Shown here: piece by piece, positions 25,901-34,162 of the stretch
Numbering within the stretch: position 1 is the stretch's first letter
Layout: each line of letters begins with the position of its first letter
Source: Armatimonadota bacterium
GTDB taxonomy: Bacteria > Armatimonadota > Hebobacteria > CAIYQO01
NCBI GenBank assembly: GCA_020060775.1
Contig: JAGUZN010000116.1
Span: forward strand, 3,995 to 67,994
Direction: 5' to 3'
DNA length: 64,000 bases
The notes under the pieces: generated by a model
Told to the model about the DNA's origin: nothing
Database searches by the model: none
The model's input: the letters and a program-made list of their open reading frames with translations, nothing else
Translations under genes and position numbers: made by a program

Positions 25901-26008
25901 CGTGACGCCTTTCTTCCGGCCCCAGCGATAGAGTTCCTCAAAGCAGAGCTCCCGCGAGGTGGCGCGCGAGTAACGCGAATGGATATGCAGATCGGCGATG
26001 AAGGTCAT
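22934..26008 (-). CDS. Fusion protein: N-terminal EndoQ-like PHP-domain nuclease and C-terminal UvrD/PcrA-type SF1 helicase
   Basis: N-terminus: MTFIADLHIHSRYSRATS, LIGTGDCTHPGW, VHHLVCLP, DGRPILGL, PAHIWTPWFS, ETGLSSD, LVSNSDAHS..IGREANAF, GKYH, CPVCGG...GVEYRVLELADR, GYDGEYGII. Helicase: AGPGAGKTRTL (motif I), TFHKLG, VVVDEYQDVN (motif II), TRNYRSS, TVHAAKGLEWEVVFL, RRLFYVGMTRARRRLYL. Confidence 0.85.
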   Translation of the reverse strand: MTFIADLHIHSRYSRATSRELCFEELYRWGRKKGVTLIGTGDCTHPGWLAEIRERLLPVGDGVFRLRDELRPAEELPGADDIRFLLTGEISTIYKADGATRKVHHLVCLPDLASAEQFAARLERIGNITSDGRPILGLDSRDLLEILLESSPRAALIPAHIWTPWFSVLGSKSGFDSVAACYRDLAGHIFAVETGLSSDPPMNWHVSSLDRYALVSNSDAHSAAKIGREANAFTCEVGYTAVMEALKRVTPGFWGTIEFFPEEGKYHGDGHRKCDFSCMPEESRELDGRCPVCGGLLTLGVEYRVLELADRPRGARPEGAANFQSMLSLAEILGELYQTGAGSKKVALAYEHLLAAIGPELYILREAELDQIRTAGGELLARAIEKMRAGKVHAIPGYDGEYGIITVFDEDERAEVLGQIQLFGGLPLVTTKKVEPHPRQAERPVEAAPTLTVEQGLSAEQQRAVQHPPAPLLIVAGPGAGKTRTLVERIRHQVQAHGIDPTGILALTFSNRAAREMAERLDACLLPGRPLVATFHKLGYRVIAEQRARLGLPDPVAILPEDEADALFAAHAAQAKVKNREALEQALALHFAEAPGDPDALRGIAERLRGLAPAYAEAKQARGLLDFADLLVLPLALLAEHVEVRAYYQRRWPHVVVDEYQDVNVLQYHLLRLLCPPGGDLCAIGDPDQAIYGFRGADVRYFLRFRQDYPDAAQIELTRNYRSSRTIVQASGQVIAPGSLLGRRTLWSDRAGPAIEVAGLASPQAEAEYVVQTIEGLLGGISHFSIDSGRGGDGAGEGLAFSDMAVLYRTHAMGEAVQQALERSGIPYLQASRKALFQRADVREVLGLLDPAVDLPAEEALLGICRHRGMTEEVLAQPPWTVLRQLARSAGGIAAFLRETTLEQDIDIVDPSGGRVSLMTVHAAKGLEWEVVFLVGCEDGSFPHAHAPGDEERRLFYVGMTRARRRLYLAYAKTRVQHGEHLEREVSPFVRDIEERLLQTYTPDYRRPKRPDAGQLALTDLLDA

Positions 26009-26170
26009 AACATCACAACTTTCGTGGATGATTGCATTATAGCGGGCACACTGCGGCATGACCAGTCTACGCAGCCCTGTGCAGTTTCGCCGGCTCTACA
26101 TCAAATTTTCGTTTGTTCGCTAGGCAGAGGGGGCGCTCCGTGCTAGGATGGCAACCAAGGAGATCGCCCA

Positions 26171-26629
26171 ATGTCGTATCAGTGCACGATCCTCGAACAC
26201 CCGGAACAGGCCACTCTCGCCATCCGCACGCGCACCGCGGCGCAAGACCTTCCACAGGCGATCGGCGAAGCGTACGGCCGTATTTGCGCCTACCTGCAGG
26301 CTGCCGGCGTGCAGTCGGCGGGCGCGCCCTATGTCGGGTATTTCAACTGCGACATGCAGGACCTGGATGTGGAGATGGGCATCCCGGTCGCCGAATCGCT
26401 GCCCGGCCAGGGGGAGATTATCTCGAGCAGCCTACCTGCGGGTGCGTATGCCTCCTGTGTGCATACCGGGGCGTACCAGGCGATCGAGCCGGCCTATGCG
26501 ATCCTGATGCAATGGATGCAGGAGCAGGGGCTGGAGGGCACGGGCATTGCTTATGAGATCTACTGGGATGATCCGGCCGAGACTCCCGAGGCGGAACTGC
26601 GCACGCTGGTGCTGCTCCAGTTGCGCTAG
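26171..26629 (+). CDS. GyrI-like small-molecule-binding domain protein
   Basis: 152 aa. Pattern ...ATLAIRTRT...PQAIGEAYGRICAYL...PYVGYF...EMGIPV...HTGAYQAIEPAYAILMQWMQEQG...YEIYWDDP is typical of GyrI/SOUL-like effector-binding domains. Confidence 0.75.
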   Translation: MSYQCTILEHPEQATLAIRTRTAAQDLPQAIGEAYGRICAYLQAAGVQSAGAPYVGYFNCDMQDLDVEMGIPVAESLPGQGEIISSSLPAGAYASCVHTGAYQAIEPAYAILMQWMQEQGLEGTGIAYEIYWDDPAETPEAELRTLVLLQLR

Positions 26630-26654
26630 AACGTGGGGCGAAATCGTATACCGT

Positions 26655-27377
26655 TCAGTATGCGCTGGGCACGCGCGGCATTCCAAAACCGTGCGCTGGC
26701 AGGATGTAGAATGACGCAAAGCTCTTTGCCTGCTCGATGTGGTGCATGAGCAGCTCATACGGTTCGCCGTGCCCGGCCAGCGCAAGCTTGCCGAGGAATT
26801 TGCGCATGCGCTCCAGCGTTTCGACATAATCCTCCGGGTTGGACCCCCAGTGGATATCGACCCACCCGATGCCGCCGTTGGCGTACACGGTGTCGCCAAC
26901 GAAGAGCTCCTGCCCGGAGAGGATATGGATGCTGCCGATGGTGTGGCCCGGCGCGTAGATCACCTCGAAGCTGCGCTCACCCACCGTAAACGTCTCCCCA
27001 CCCTGCACGCGGTGCGCCACCGGACAGGGGAGCAACGCAGACGAGATGTTGGCAAAGGGCAGTTCGGCGGCCGTGACGATGCGGTCAGCCTGTTCGATCG
27101 GGTCAGCGGCATGCATGTGGGCAACCACCGGAACACCGAATTCCTGCTGCCACCAGCCCATGCCGCCGATGTGGTCGCAGTGCGCGTGCGTGATGAAGGC
27201 CAGCGCGATCTCCCGCGGATCAAGCCCCGCCTGCCGGAGGTCGTCGAGGATGAGTTCCCGGTGCTCGAAGAATCCCGAGTCTACGAGCACCAATCCCGCC
27301 GTCGTCTTCACCACGTACATTTCCCCGCCAGCGGGCGGATGCACCCAGAACACGCCGGGGCGAACTTCGCTGATCAT
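26655..27377 (-). CDS. MBL-fold metallo-hydrolase
   Basis: ITHAHCDHIGG metal-binding motif. ATG 27377 follows a GGGAGG SD. The longer track ORF (to 27422) would overlap repeat copy D. Confidence 0.85.
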   Translation of the reverse strand: MISEVRPGVFWVHPPAGGEMYVVKTTAGLVLVDSGFFEHRELILDDLRQAGLDPREIALAFITHAHCDHIGGMGWWQQEFGVPVVAHMHAADPIEQADRIVTAAELPFANISSALLPCPVAHRVQGGETFTVGERSFEVIYAPGHTIGSIHILSGQELFVGDTVYANGGIGWVDIHWGSNPEDYVETLERMRKFLGKLALAGHGEPYELLMHHIEQAKSFASFYILPAHGFGMPRVPSAY

Positions 27378-27389
27378 GTGGATGCCTCC

Positions 27390-27561
27390 CTTAGAGCCTG
27401 TTGAAGCATATCTGTTCGCCACCTCGCTTGCTCTCCCGGCGTCATGCTTTGGCGGGCGTGTTCACCGTATCACCCCGGGATACGCCGTCACACGCCCTTC
27501 GCGCCTGACACCAGGAGCGCGGCGCGATCTGGACAAACATCTATGCTTCACAGGCTCTTAG
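27390..27561. repeat. Intergenic palindromic element, copy D
   Basis: Left arm CTTAGAGCCTGTTGAAGCATATCTGTTCGCC. Right arm GGACAAACATCTATGCTTCACAGGCTCTTAG. The right arm is preceded by GGCGCGATCTGGACAAACATC, similar to copy B's GGCGCGATCCGCAAACAGATC. Confidence 0.7.
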
Positions 27562-27749
27562 AAACTGTCCGAACGCCGGCAGGACCGGCCACCGCCATTG
27601 TACTGCGCCTGGCGTTTCGGGTAAACCCTTGTCACATCCTCAGACGCACGGTGGGGAAGCGATAAATTATTCTTCAGCTAATGTAGGATATCGTACACAT
27701 ATTGCTGAATATAATTAGCACTTATTCACTGCCTGTGAGGAGGCCCCCT

Positions 27750-28433
27750 ATGCGGTTTTGTATGCTTGCCCTGTTGCTGGCGCTGACAGCGACGATCTGG
27801 GCCGCCGACATCGTGACGATGCCTACCGCCAACCAGTTGAAGCAAGGCGAGGTAGATGCCGCAGTGTACTACCTCGATCTGGACATGCCGGCGGGTGCGC
27901 CGCAGCATGTGAACTACCAGACGCTCTACGTGGGCATCACCGACTGGCTGGAACTGGATGTGCATCGCGCGGATGTGGACAACGACAAGGAGTCCATCGT
28001 GCTGGTGAGCAGCGTGAAAGTGCTGTCAGAGACAAACACGCAGCCGGATGTCGTGATCGGCGTGCGCAACCTGACCGGCGAAGCCACCACCAATAACCCT
28101 CTGTTCCGAGAGGCTTCCGATGATCCCTCGTACTTTGTTGCGGCCGCCAAGACCTTCTTCCTGAGAGAGACCCCCGGCCCGCCGCTGGTGCGCGCGCATC
28201 TGGGCCTGGGCACGGAAGACGCGACTCTGCTCGGCGAGGAGCGACATGACGGCCTGTTCGGTGGTCTGCAGTTCCTGTTCGTGCCCACGCTGGGCGCAGT
28301 GGTGCAGCATGACGGCGCTGATCTGATTACCGGCATCACCTACATGCCCGCCAACACCGGGCTCACGTTGAAGGCCGGCACCTACGGCGATCACCGCTGG
28401 GTCGGCATCGCATTCAACCGTGATTGGTTCTGA
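27750..28433 (+). CDS. Secreted protein, possible small outer-membrane beta-barrel
   Basis: ATG 27750 follows GAGGAGG. Signal peptide MRFCMLALLLALTATIWAAD. Alternating hydrophobic pattern and C-terminal ...GIAFNRDWF (terminal aromatic residue). Confidence 0.6.
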   Translation: MRFCMLALLLALTATIWAADIVTMPTANQLKQGEVDAAVYYLDLDMPAGAPQHVNYQTLYVGITDWLELDVHRADVDNDKESIVLVSSVKVLSETNTQPDVVIGVRNLTGEATTNNPLFREASDDPSYFVAAAKTFFLRETPGPPLVRAHLGLGTEDATLLGEERHDGLFGGLQFLFVPTLGAVVQHDGADLITGITYMPANTGLTLKAGTYGDHRWVGIAFNRDWF

Positions 28434-28455
28434 CCCTCGATCACCGTACCATAGT

Positions 28456-28489
28456 AAGGCCGCCCCTGCAGAGCGGGCGGCCTTTTTTA
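28456..28489 (+). terminator. Rho-independent terminator
   Basis: AAGGCCGCCC...GGGCGGCCTT stem followed by TTTTTT. Confidence 0.85.
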
Positions 28490-28642
28490 TAACATTAAAC
28501 ACGATCATTTCGGTGACTAATGTGGCAATATGGAATATACATGCAACCCGCGGTATAATGTCCGTAGAGAACGACAATCGCCGTTGCGGTTGCCTGATCG
28601 TCACGCCATAGTATCTATCGATTCCAGAGGGATGGTGGCCTC

Positions 28643-29170
28643 ATGAAGCGTGTTTGCGCCTGGTGCACGACCGTCATTGCAGAAGAGGGCGATGATGAGA
28701 TGGTCACACACACCATCTGTGATTCGTGCAAAGACAATATCGAGTTTCAGTCGGGTGTGGCGCTGCAGCGCTACATCGACAGCCTGCACATACCCATCTT
28801 CGTGATGAACTGCGCCGGGCAACTCACCGCGGCGAACACGGCGGCCTGTGAACTGCTGAACAAGTCGCTGGAAACGATCTACGACCAGTTGGGCGGCGAT
28901 GTCTTCGAATGCGCATACGCGCGACGGCCTGAAGGCTGCGGACAGACGGTGCATTGTTCGGGGTGCGCGATCCGGCGTACGGTGATGGACACCTTCACCA
29001 CCGGCGAAAGCCACTACCGCGTGCCCGCACATCTTACGCGCAGCTCTGAGTCCAATGCACCGATTGACTTGTGGATCACCACGGAGAAAATCGGCAACAG
29101 CGTGCTGCTGACCCTGGACGCCTTCGCACACCGCACGTACAGGGCACCGTGCATTGCGCAAGCTTCGTAA
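28643..29170 (+). CDS. Small Cys-rich PAS-like domain protein
   Basis: N-terminal CAWC...CDSC pair, followed by a PAS-like core (IPIFVMNCAGQLTAANTAACELLNKSLETI...) with extra Cys residues (CGQTVHCSGC). Confidence 0.6.
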   Translation: MKRVCAWCTTVIAEEGDDEMVTHTICDSCKDNIEFQSGVALQRYIDSLHIPIFVMNCAGQLTAANTAACELLNKSLETIYDQLGGDVFECAYARRPEGCGQTVHCSGCAIRRTVMDTFTTGESHYRVPAHLTRSSESNAPIDLWITTEKIGNSVLLTLDAFAHRTYRAPCIAQAS

Positions 29171-29191
29171 GCCTTCGGCAGCGCCAGACAG

Positions 29192-31804
29192 CTATGTGGA
29201 CGATCCGGTGAACTCCAGGACAATTTCCGCCTCTCCGCTGAACGCCGGGATCGTGACCGTTTCGGTACTGGGATCATAGACACCGATATTCACGCGGCCT
29301 TCCTGTTGCCCGTCTGGATGCGGCAAGCGCAGCGTTATGCTCAATGGCTTGCGCTCTGTCGCACAGATCACCCGAGCCGTGATGCGCCCATGATCGACGT
29401 CGGACTCCACCTGCAGGGAGAATGGGCCGAAGTAGCTTGCGGCGTTGAGGATATCGATGTGCCGGCCCTGCGCCAACCACGCACGCGGCACAGCGGATAA
29501 CAGGTGCAACCCCTCTCCACGCTCCCGGTAGAGCATCCAGCGTGTCCGCATGAGGAACCAGGCCTCTTCGTGCGTTTTATGCGGGCTGGCATGATAGAAA
29601 TGTTCCCAGAAGGTGTAGGTTTCGCGATCCGCTAACCCGGCCATCGCCGAGTAATATTCCTTGAGAAACGCCTTGACTTCGCCCCGCTGCAGATGCGCCC
29701 ACGGGTGCGGGCTGTAGTACGGTTGGCTCATCGCTACGTTGCGCGTATGCATCAACTCCGCGTGGTACTCCAGCAGCCAGGTGCTGATCTGCTCCTGTGG
29801 CGACAGCACTTCGGATAAGATAAGATACAGCGGGCCAATCAGCGAATCGCGCGCGGCAAAAGCCCCATGGGTCCACCATTGTTCCATATCGGTGAACAAG
29901 CCCACCGGACCGCGACCGCCCGCCCAGGGGCTTAATGTCGGGCACCAACGGCCATCGCCCAACGGCACGACCGGGGATTCGGCCAGGTTCGTCTCGATGC
30001 TTGCGCGCAGATCCTCGCACAACATTGCCGCCTCCTGCGCCACCGCCCTGGAGGCCGACGGGGCGATACTCTCCAGCATCTCCGCCACCCGGATCATCCC
30101 CAGGTAGGCTAAGCCGTTGAGCATAAAGGCGAAGAACGGATCTTCCGGATCGGCCACCTTGCCATCCATCAAGCCGTACCCCCGCCCGCGCAATTCCTCG
30201 CTCTGGTTCCGCGCACGCCAGGTGCGCAGGTAATCAACCGCCCGCAGCAGTTGCGGGGCGATCCGCCGCACCCAGGCCTCATCGCGCGTGTAGCGATAGT
30301 GCTCCCCCATCGTCCACAGCGCCGGCCCGGTTTCCAGCATGTAGTTGGCGAAATTCTGCATGAAGCCATCAGCATGCTGCTTATCGAGGAAATATTGCAG
30401 CGCGCGCTCCGCCAGCGCATGCCATCCCACCGAGTCCATGAACTGGATGATCGGCGCACTCTCCGAGCCGATGGGACAGTAGATCCCGATGGTGGGGGCT
30501 ACGGCGCCGTCCGGCTCCAATCCAAAGGTGACCAGATCCAGGTGCAACAGCCCGGCCCGCACCATCTCGTCAATGCGCGGCTCAGGCAGGTGCATCTGCG
30601 TTCCCTCGGCCAGCTTTGCCTGCCATAATGCCCGACACTCGGCATGCCGATCCGCGAAGGACTGCTCGAGCAAAGCCACGGCGCGCTCGCGCGGGATCGG
30701 CTGGTGGGTCAGGAAGCACTCCAGGGTCGCCGTCTCCTGCGGCTTCAACAGCACGGCAAACTCGCCTTTGGCTACCGGCTCGCCATTCAGTCGGGCCACA
30801 TGGCAGACACGTCCGCTGGACGATATCGTCGCACACCCACCGTCATACGTCATCGGCAGGCCTGCCGGTTGCGGCAGCTTCAACCAGGCATAACGTGGAA
30901 CTTTGCCATGATTGACCGCCTGCATGCGGAGGTAGAGGATGGTTTCCTCTTCCCGAACCATCTCGCCGGGCTGCAAGGCTTGTGTTTGTGCGGCTTGCTC
31001 CTCGGTCTGCATATTCCCGCAGCCATGGGCATCGGCCACTAAAAAGTGGGTGCCGCGTAGCGCGTCGCTGGTGAGTGGTGATTGCTCGCAAGAGACAAAG
31101 GCGGTGGCGTGATACGCCACTTCATCATCCGTCATGTCGGCATGCAGGATCGGCAACACGCCATCCTCGAGCCGGCGAGCGATCTCACGCACCGGGCCGA
31201 CGCCCTTGCCGAACGCGAACTGATAGGTTAGCGGCTGATTATGTTCCAGTTCGGGTATATTGACCGGATCATAATGGAAGCGCGGCTTGCACGCAAACGC
31301 GATCTCCCCTGGTGGAAAGTGTATCTCGAAGATGCGCATATCCCGGCTGAGCCCTAACCAGGTCGGCACATATTCCCGGCGCACCGCCGCTGCCGCAGCC
31401 GCAAAGCTCTCTTCGGGTTCTGCGGCGATCCGCTGCAACTCCGTGTGGCCTCCGCGCCGACGCACCGCTTCTACGATTTCCGCAAACGCACGGGGATCGT
31501 CCCCTTCCGTCACCACCACGCCGTATTCCGGAATCCATATGGGGTAGTCCCGGGATACGTCGCGCAGCAACAGGGTGAATGGATGCTCTGAGGTGCGCAC
31601 CGTGACCATCGTCGGCATCGCGTTGTATGATACTTGCTCGTCAGCAATCATCACTTCCAGCCGACAGGGGCTCTGTGCGGTAAACTTCGTCCCCTCAACG
31701 GTGCCCGTGCCGCGAGAAATGCGCATGCCGGCCAGTGTACCGTGAGTCACCTTAACGACACCGGCCGGCAGGCCTTCGCTCCATTCAATCGCGATTGTAA
31801 TCAT
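29192..31804 (-). CDS. Large cytoplasmic (alpha/alpha)6-barrel-like protein, putative glycoside hydrolase (870 aa)
   Basis: No signal peptide. The C-terminal half is rich in W/Y helix-hairpin-like repeats (...DKQHADGFMQNF...GYGLMDGKVADPEDPF...WWTHGAFAARD...). The family is unassigned. Confidence 0.6.
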   Translation of the reverse strand: MITIAIEWSEGLPAGVVKVTHGTLAGMRISRGTGTVEGTKFTAQSPCRLEVMIADEQVSYNAMPTMVTVRTSEHPFTLLLRDVSRDYPIWIPEYGVVVTEGDDPRAFAEIVEAVRRRGGHTELQRIAAEPEESFAAAAAAVRREYVPTWLGLSRDMRIFEIHFPPGEIAFACKPRFHYDPVNIPELEHNQPLTYQFAFGKGVGPVREIARRLEDGVLPILHADMTDDEVAYHATAFVSCEQSPLTSDALRGTHFLVADAHGCGNMQTEEQAAQTQALQPGEMVREEETILYLRMQAVNHGKVPRYAWLKLPQPAGLPMTYDGGCATISSSGRVCHVARLNGEPVAKGEFAVLLKPQETATLECFLTHQPIPRERAVALLEQSFADRHAECRALWQAKLAEGTQMHLPEPRIDEMVRAGLLHLDLVTFGLEPDGAVAPTIGIYCPIGSESAPIIQFMDSVGWHALAERALQYFLDKQHADGFMQNFANYMLETGPALWTMGEHYRYTRDEAWVRRIAPQLLRAVDYLRTWRARNQSEELRGRGYGLMDGKVADPEDPFFAFMLNGLAYLGMIRVAEMLESIAPSASRAVAQEAAMLCEDLRASIETNLAESPVVPLGDGRWCPTLSPWAGGRGPVGLFTDMEQWWTHGAFAARDSLIGPLYLILSEVLSPQEQISTWLLEYHAELMHTRNVAMSQPYYSPHPWAHLQRGEVKAFLKEYYSAMAGLADRETYTFWEHFYHASPHKTHEEAWFLMRTRWMLYRERGEGLHLLSAVPRAWLAQGRHIDILNAASYFGPFSLQVESDVDHGRITARVICATERKPLSITLRLPHPDGQQEGRVNIGVYDPSTETVTIPAFSGEAEIVLEFTGSST

Positions 31805-31824
31805 GCTACATTACCACCACACGC

Positions 31825-32649
31825 CTACTGTACGACAGTTGCGCCAAGATACTCAAGTGTCTGCTGCAAGGAACGGTGGTGGTCAGCCATAGCCGGGAAA
31901 TATTCCAGCCCGAAGCAGCCCTGATAGCCGAGATCACGGATCGTCCGCACCACGGCGGGGTAGTGAATCTCGCCGTCGAACAACTCATGCCGCCCCGGCA
32001 CGCCCGCCGAGTGGAAGTGCCCGATAATGTCGATATGCCGGGTGATGTTGCTGAGCAGATTGCCTTCCATGATTTGCATGTGGTAGACATCGTACAGCAG
32101 GCGCAGTGACGGCATATTGATCGCCCGCACGATGTCGGCGCCCTCCTGCGACGATCCGAGATAGTACCCCGGGTGATCGACATGGAGGTTCAGCGGCTCC
32201 ACGAGCAAGATGAAGTCATGCCTGGCGGCGGTCTCGGCGGCCAGGCCGTATGCCTGCTCCAGGTTAGCGCGCTGGCGCTCGCGCGGGAGTTCCGGCTGCA
32301 GCAGCCCCGCGCAGGTGATGGCCTTATGGCAATCGATCGATTGCGCATACGCGATCACTTCTTCCACGCGCTCCAGGTACCGCGACAGGTCCTCCGCACG
32401 CGTCGGCGATCCCCCGAGACTGCCGTCCCAGGCATTGACCACGATATTGTTGATGGTCACCCCGGCGGCGGCGCACGCCTGCCGGATGGCCGCGGCGTCT
32501 TTCAACTCCGTGCGGAAGGCATCGCGATACGCCGTGGCATCGTGAAACCAGAACTCGGCATGCGTGTAGCCGGCCTGCGCCACTAACGCGATGCGCTGTT
32601 CCACCGGCTGATCGTCAAAAACGGCTTCAAGGCACACATCGATATGCAT
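31825..32649 (-). CDS. Xylose-isomerase-like TIM-barrel protein, hydroxypyruvate-isomerase (Hyi/OtnI)-like
   Basis: MHIDVCLEAVF...AGYTHAEFW...LLVEPLN...LLYDVYHMQIMEGNL...IGHFHSAGVPGRHE...GLEY. ATG 32649 is preferred over the track start at 32703. Confidence 0.75.
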   Translation of the reverse strand: MHIDVCLEAVFDDQPVEQRIALVAQAGYTHAEFWFHDATAYRDAFRTELKDAAAIRQACAAAGVTINNIVVNAWDGSLGGSPTRAEDLSRYLERVEEVIAYAQSIDCHKAITCAGLLQPELPRERQRANLEQAYGLAAETAARHDFILLVEPLNLHVDHPGYYLGSSQEGADIVRAINMPSLRLLYDVYHMQIMEGNLLSNITRHIDIIGHFHSAGVPGRHELFDGEIHYPAVVRTIRDLGYQGCFGLEYFPAMADHHRSLQQTLEYLGATVVQ

Positions 32650-32662
32650 GGGTCTGCTCCCT

Positions 32663-33961
32663 TCAGAGGATGGCTTTCGCCACCTTGCGAATCCCCTTGG
32701 CAATCATGTCGCAATCGTCTTCGGTCATTTGGGCGGGGATGTCCAGGTGGATGGCGCGCGATAAGTACTCGCCAATCTTCGGACACGACTCTTCGCTATA
32801 GGTAATCTCACCGCCCTTCGCGGTGTAATGCGGGCAGGTGTAGGGACACCCCTCGGGAGTCGGCGTCGCTTTGCGCATGATATGTTTCCAATGGTAGTAA
32901 ATGTGCCAGTCGGGAATGCCTTTGCCGAACACGCTCGACGCAGCCACCCCTTCCGCCTGCAGGGCAGTGGCGAACTCCTGCACTTTCTCCGGATCATCGA
33001 GCAGGAAGATGAGGCTAATGGCCGTGTCGCCTGCCTCATCGAGCACCCGACGGAAGGTGAGGCCCGGCAGGTCGGCGATTTGCGACTTGATGCGCGCCTT
33101 ATGCTGCCGCATCTGCTGCAACAGCCCATCCAGCTTGCCCAGTTGCGCCTGCATGACTGCGCCGGTCAACTCGCTCATGCGGTAGTTCACGCCGCAGAAC
33201 AGTTCACCTTCGTACCGCTCTTCGCCAAAACGGTCAGGACGCCAGCAGGCGGCGGTATCGTGATACCCCATCAGGCGATCGTAGAGCTTCGGGTCGTCGG
33301 TGAGGCACATGCCGCCCTCGCCCGCCGTGATGATCTTATGGTATTGGAAACTGAAGCACCCCACATCGCCGAACGTGCCCAGCATCTTTCCGTTGAACGA
33401 CCCGCCGCACGCCTGCGCGACATCCTCGATCAACTTGAGGTTATGCTTCCGGCAGATGGCGGCAATGCGCTCGATGTCGCAGGGCACGCCGCGCATGTGC
33501 ACGGCAATTACCGCTTTGGTGCGCGGGGTGATCTTTCGCTCGAGGTCGTCAGGATCCATGGTAAGCGTGTCATCAATGTCGCAGATCACCGGCACCGCTT
33601 TGGCCGCAACAATCGACGCACAGGAGGCAAAGAAGGTGTATCCCGTGACGATCACCTCATCGCCTGGACCCACCCCCACCGCCACCAGCGCACTGATCAA
33701 GGCAGAGGTGCAGGAGGTAACCGCCAGCGCATATTTCGCGCCGAACTTCTCGGCAAAGGCCTGCTCCAACTCAGCGACTTTCGAGGGATACTGCTCGGGG
33801 CCGTAGTAACGGAACAGGTACTTGCGATCCAACACTTCCAATACCAAGCGCTTCTCTTCATCGCCTATGGACAGGCCGCCGGGATACATCGGGATATTCG
33901 GCGTGGTTTTGGCTTTCGGCCCTCCGTAAATCGCCAGTTGCTCGTCAGTCGTCATCGCCAT
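32663..33961 (-). CDS. DegT/DnrJ/EryC1/StrS-family PLP-dependent aminotransferase
   Basis: ...VTSCTSALISALVA...IAVHMRGVPCDI...GDVGCFSFQYHKIITAGEGG (catalytic Lys context). AAGGAGG SD. Confidence 0.88.
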   Translation of the reverse strand: MAMTTDEQLAIYGGPKAKTTPNIPMYPGGLSIGDEEKRLVLEVLDRKYLFRYYGPEQYPSKVAELEQAFAEKFGAKYALAVTSCTSALISALVAVGVGPGDEVIVTGYTFFASCASIVAAKAVPVICDIDDTLTMDPDDLERKITPRTKAVIAVHMRGVPCDIERIAAICRKHNLKLIEDVAQACGGSFNGKMLGTFGDVGCFSFQYHKIITAGEGGMCLTDDPKLYDRLMGYHDTAACWRPDRFGEERYEGELFCGVNYRMSELTGAVMQAQLGKLDGLLQQMRQHKARIKSQIADLPGLTFRRVLDEAGDTAISLIFLLDDPEKVQEFATALQAEGVAASSVFGKGIPDWHIYYHWKHIMRKATPTPEGCPYTCPHYTAKGGEITYSEESCPKIGEYLSRAIHLDIPAQMTEDDCDMIAKGIRKVAKAIL

Positions 33962-34014
33962 GGGGTGTGACCCTCCTTTTCAGTACGCAGGATCGGTGGA
34001 GCGGAACGGTTATG

Positions 34015-34045
34015 CTTTATACAGAACAGTGCGTTCTGTATAAAG
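34015..34045. promoter_or_regulatory. Perfect 13-bp inverted repeat CTTTATACAGAAC-N5-GTTCTGTATAAAG (operator candidate)
   Basis: Seen directly in the divergent intergenic region between the DegT operon (start 33961) and the XRE-cupin regulator (start 34163). Confidence 0.5.
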
Positions 34046-34162
34046 ATACATGCCGTCATGCACGGTTGTCAATACCCAGTACGGCCTCCGATGTGTACGA
34101 CAAGGTGTTTCTCCCGTGGAAGCGAATACTATAACCATCGGCACTGATTGGGGAAGTGATGC

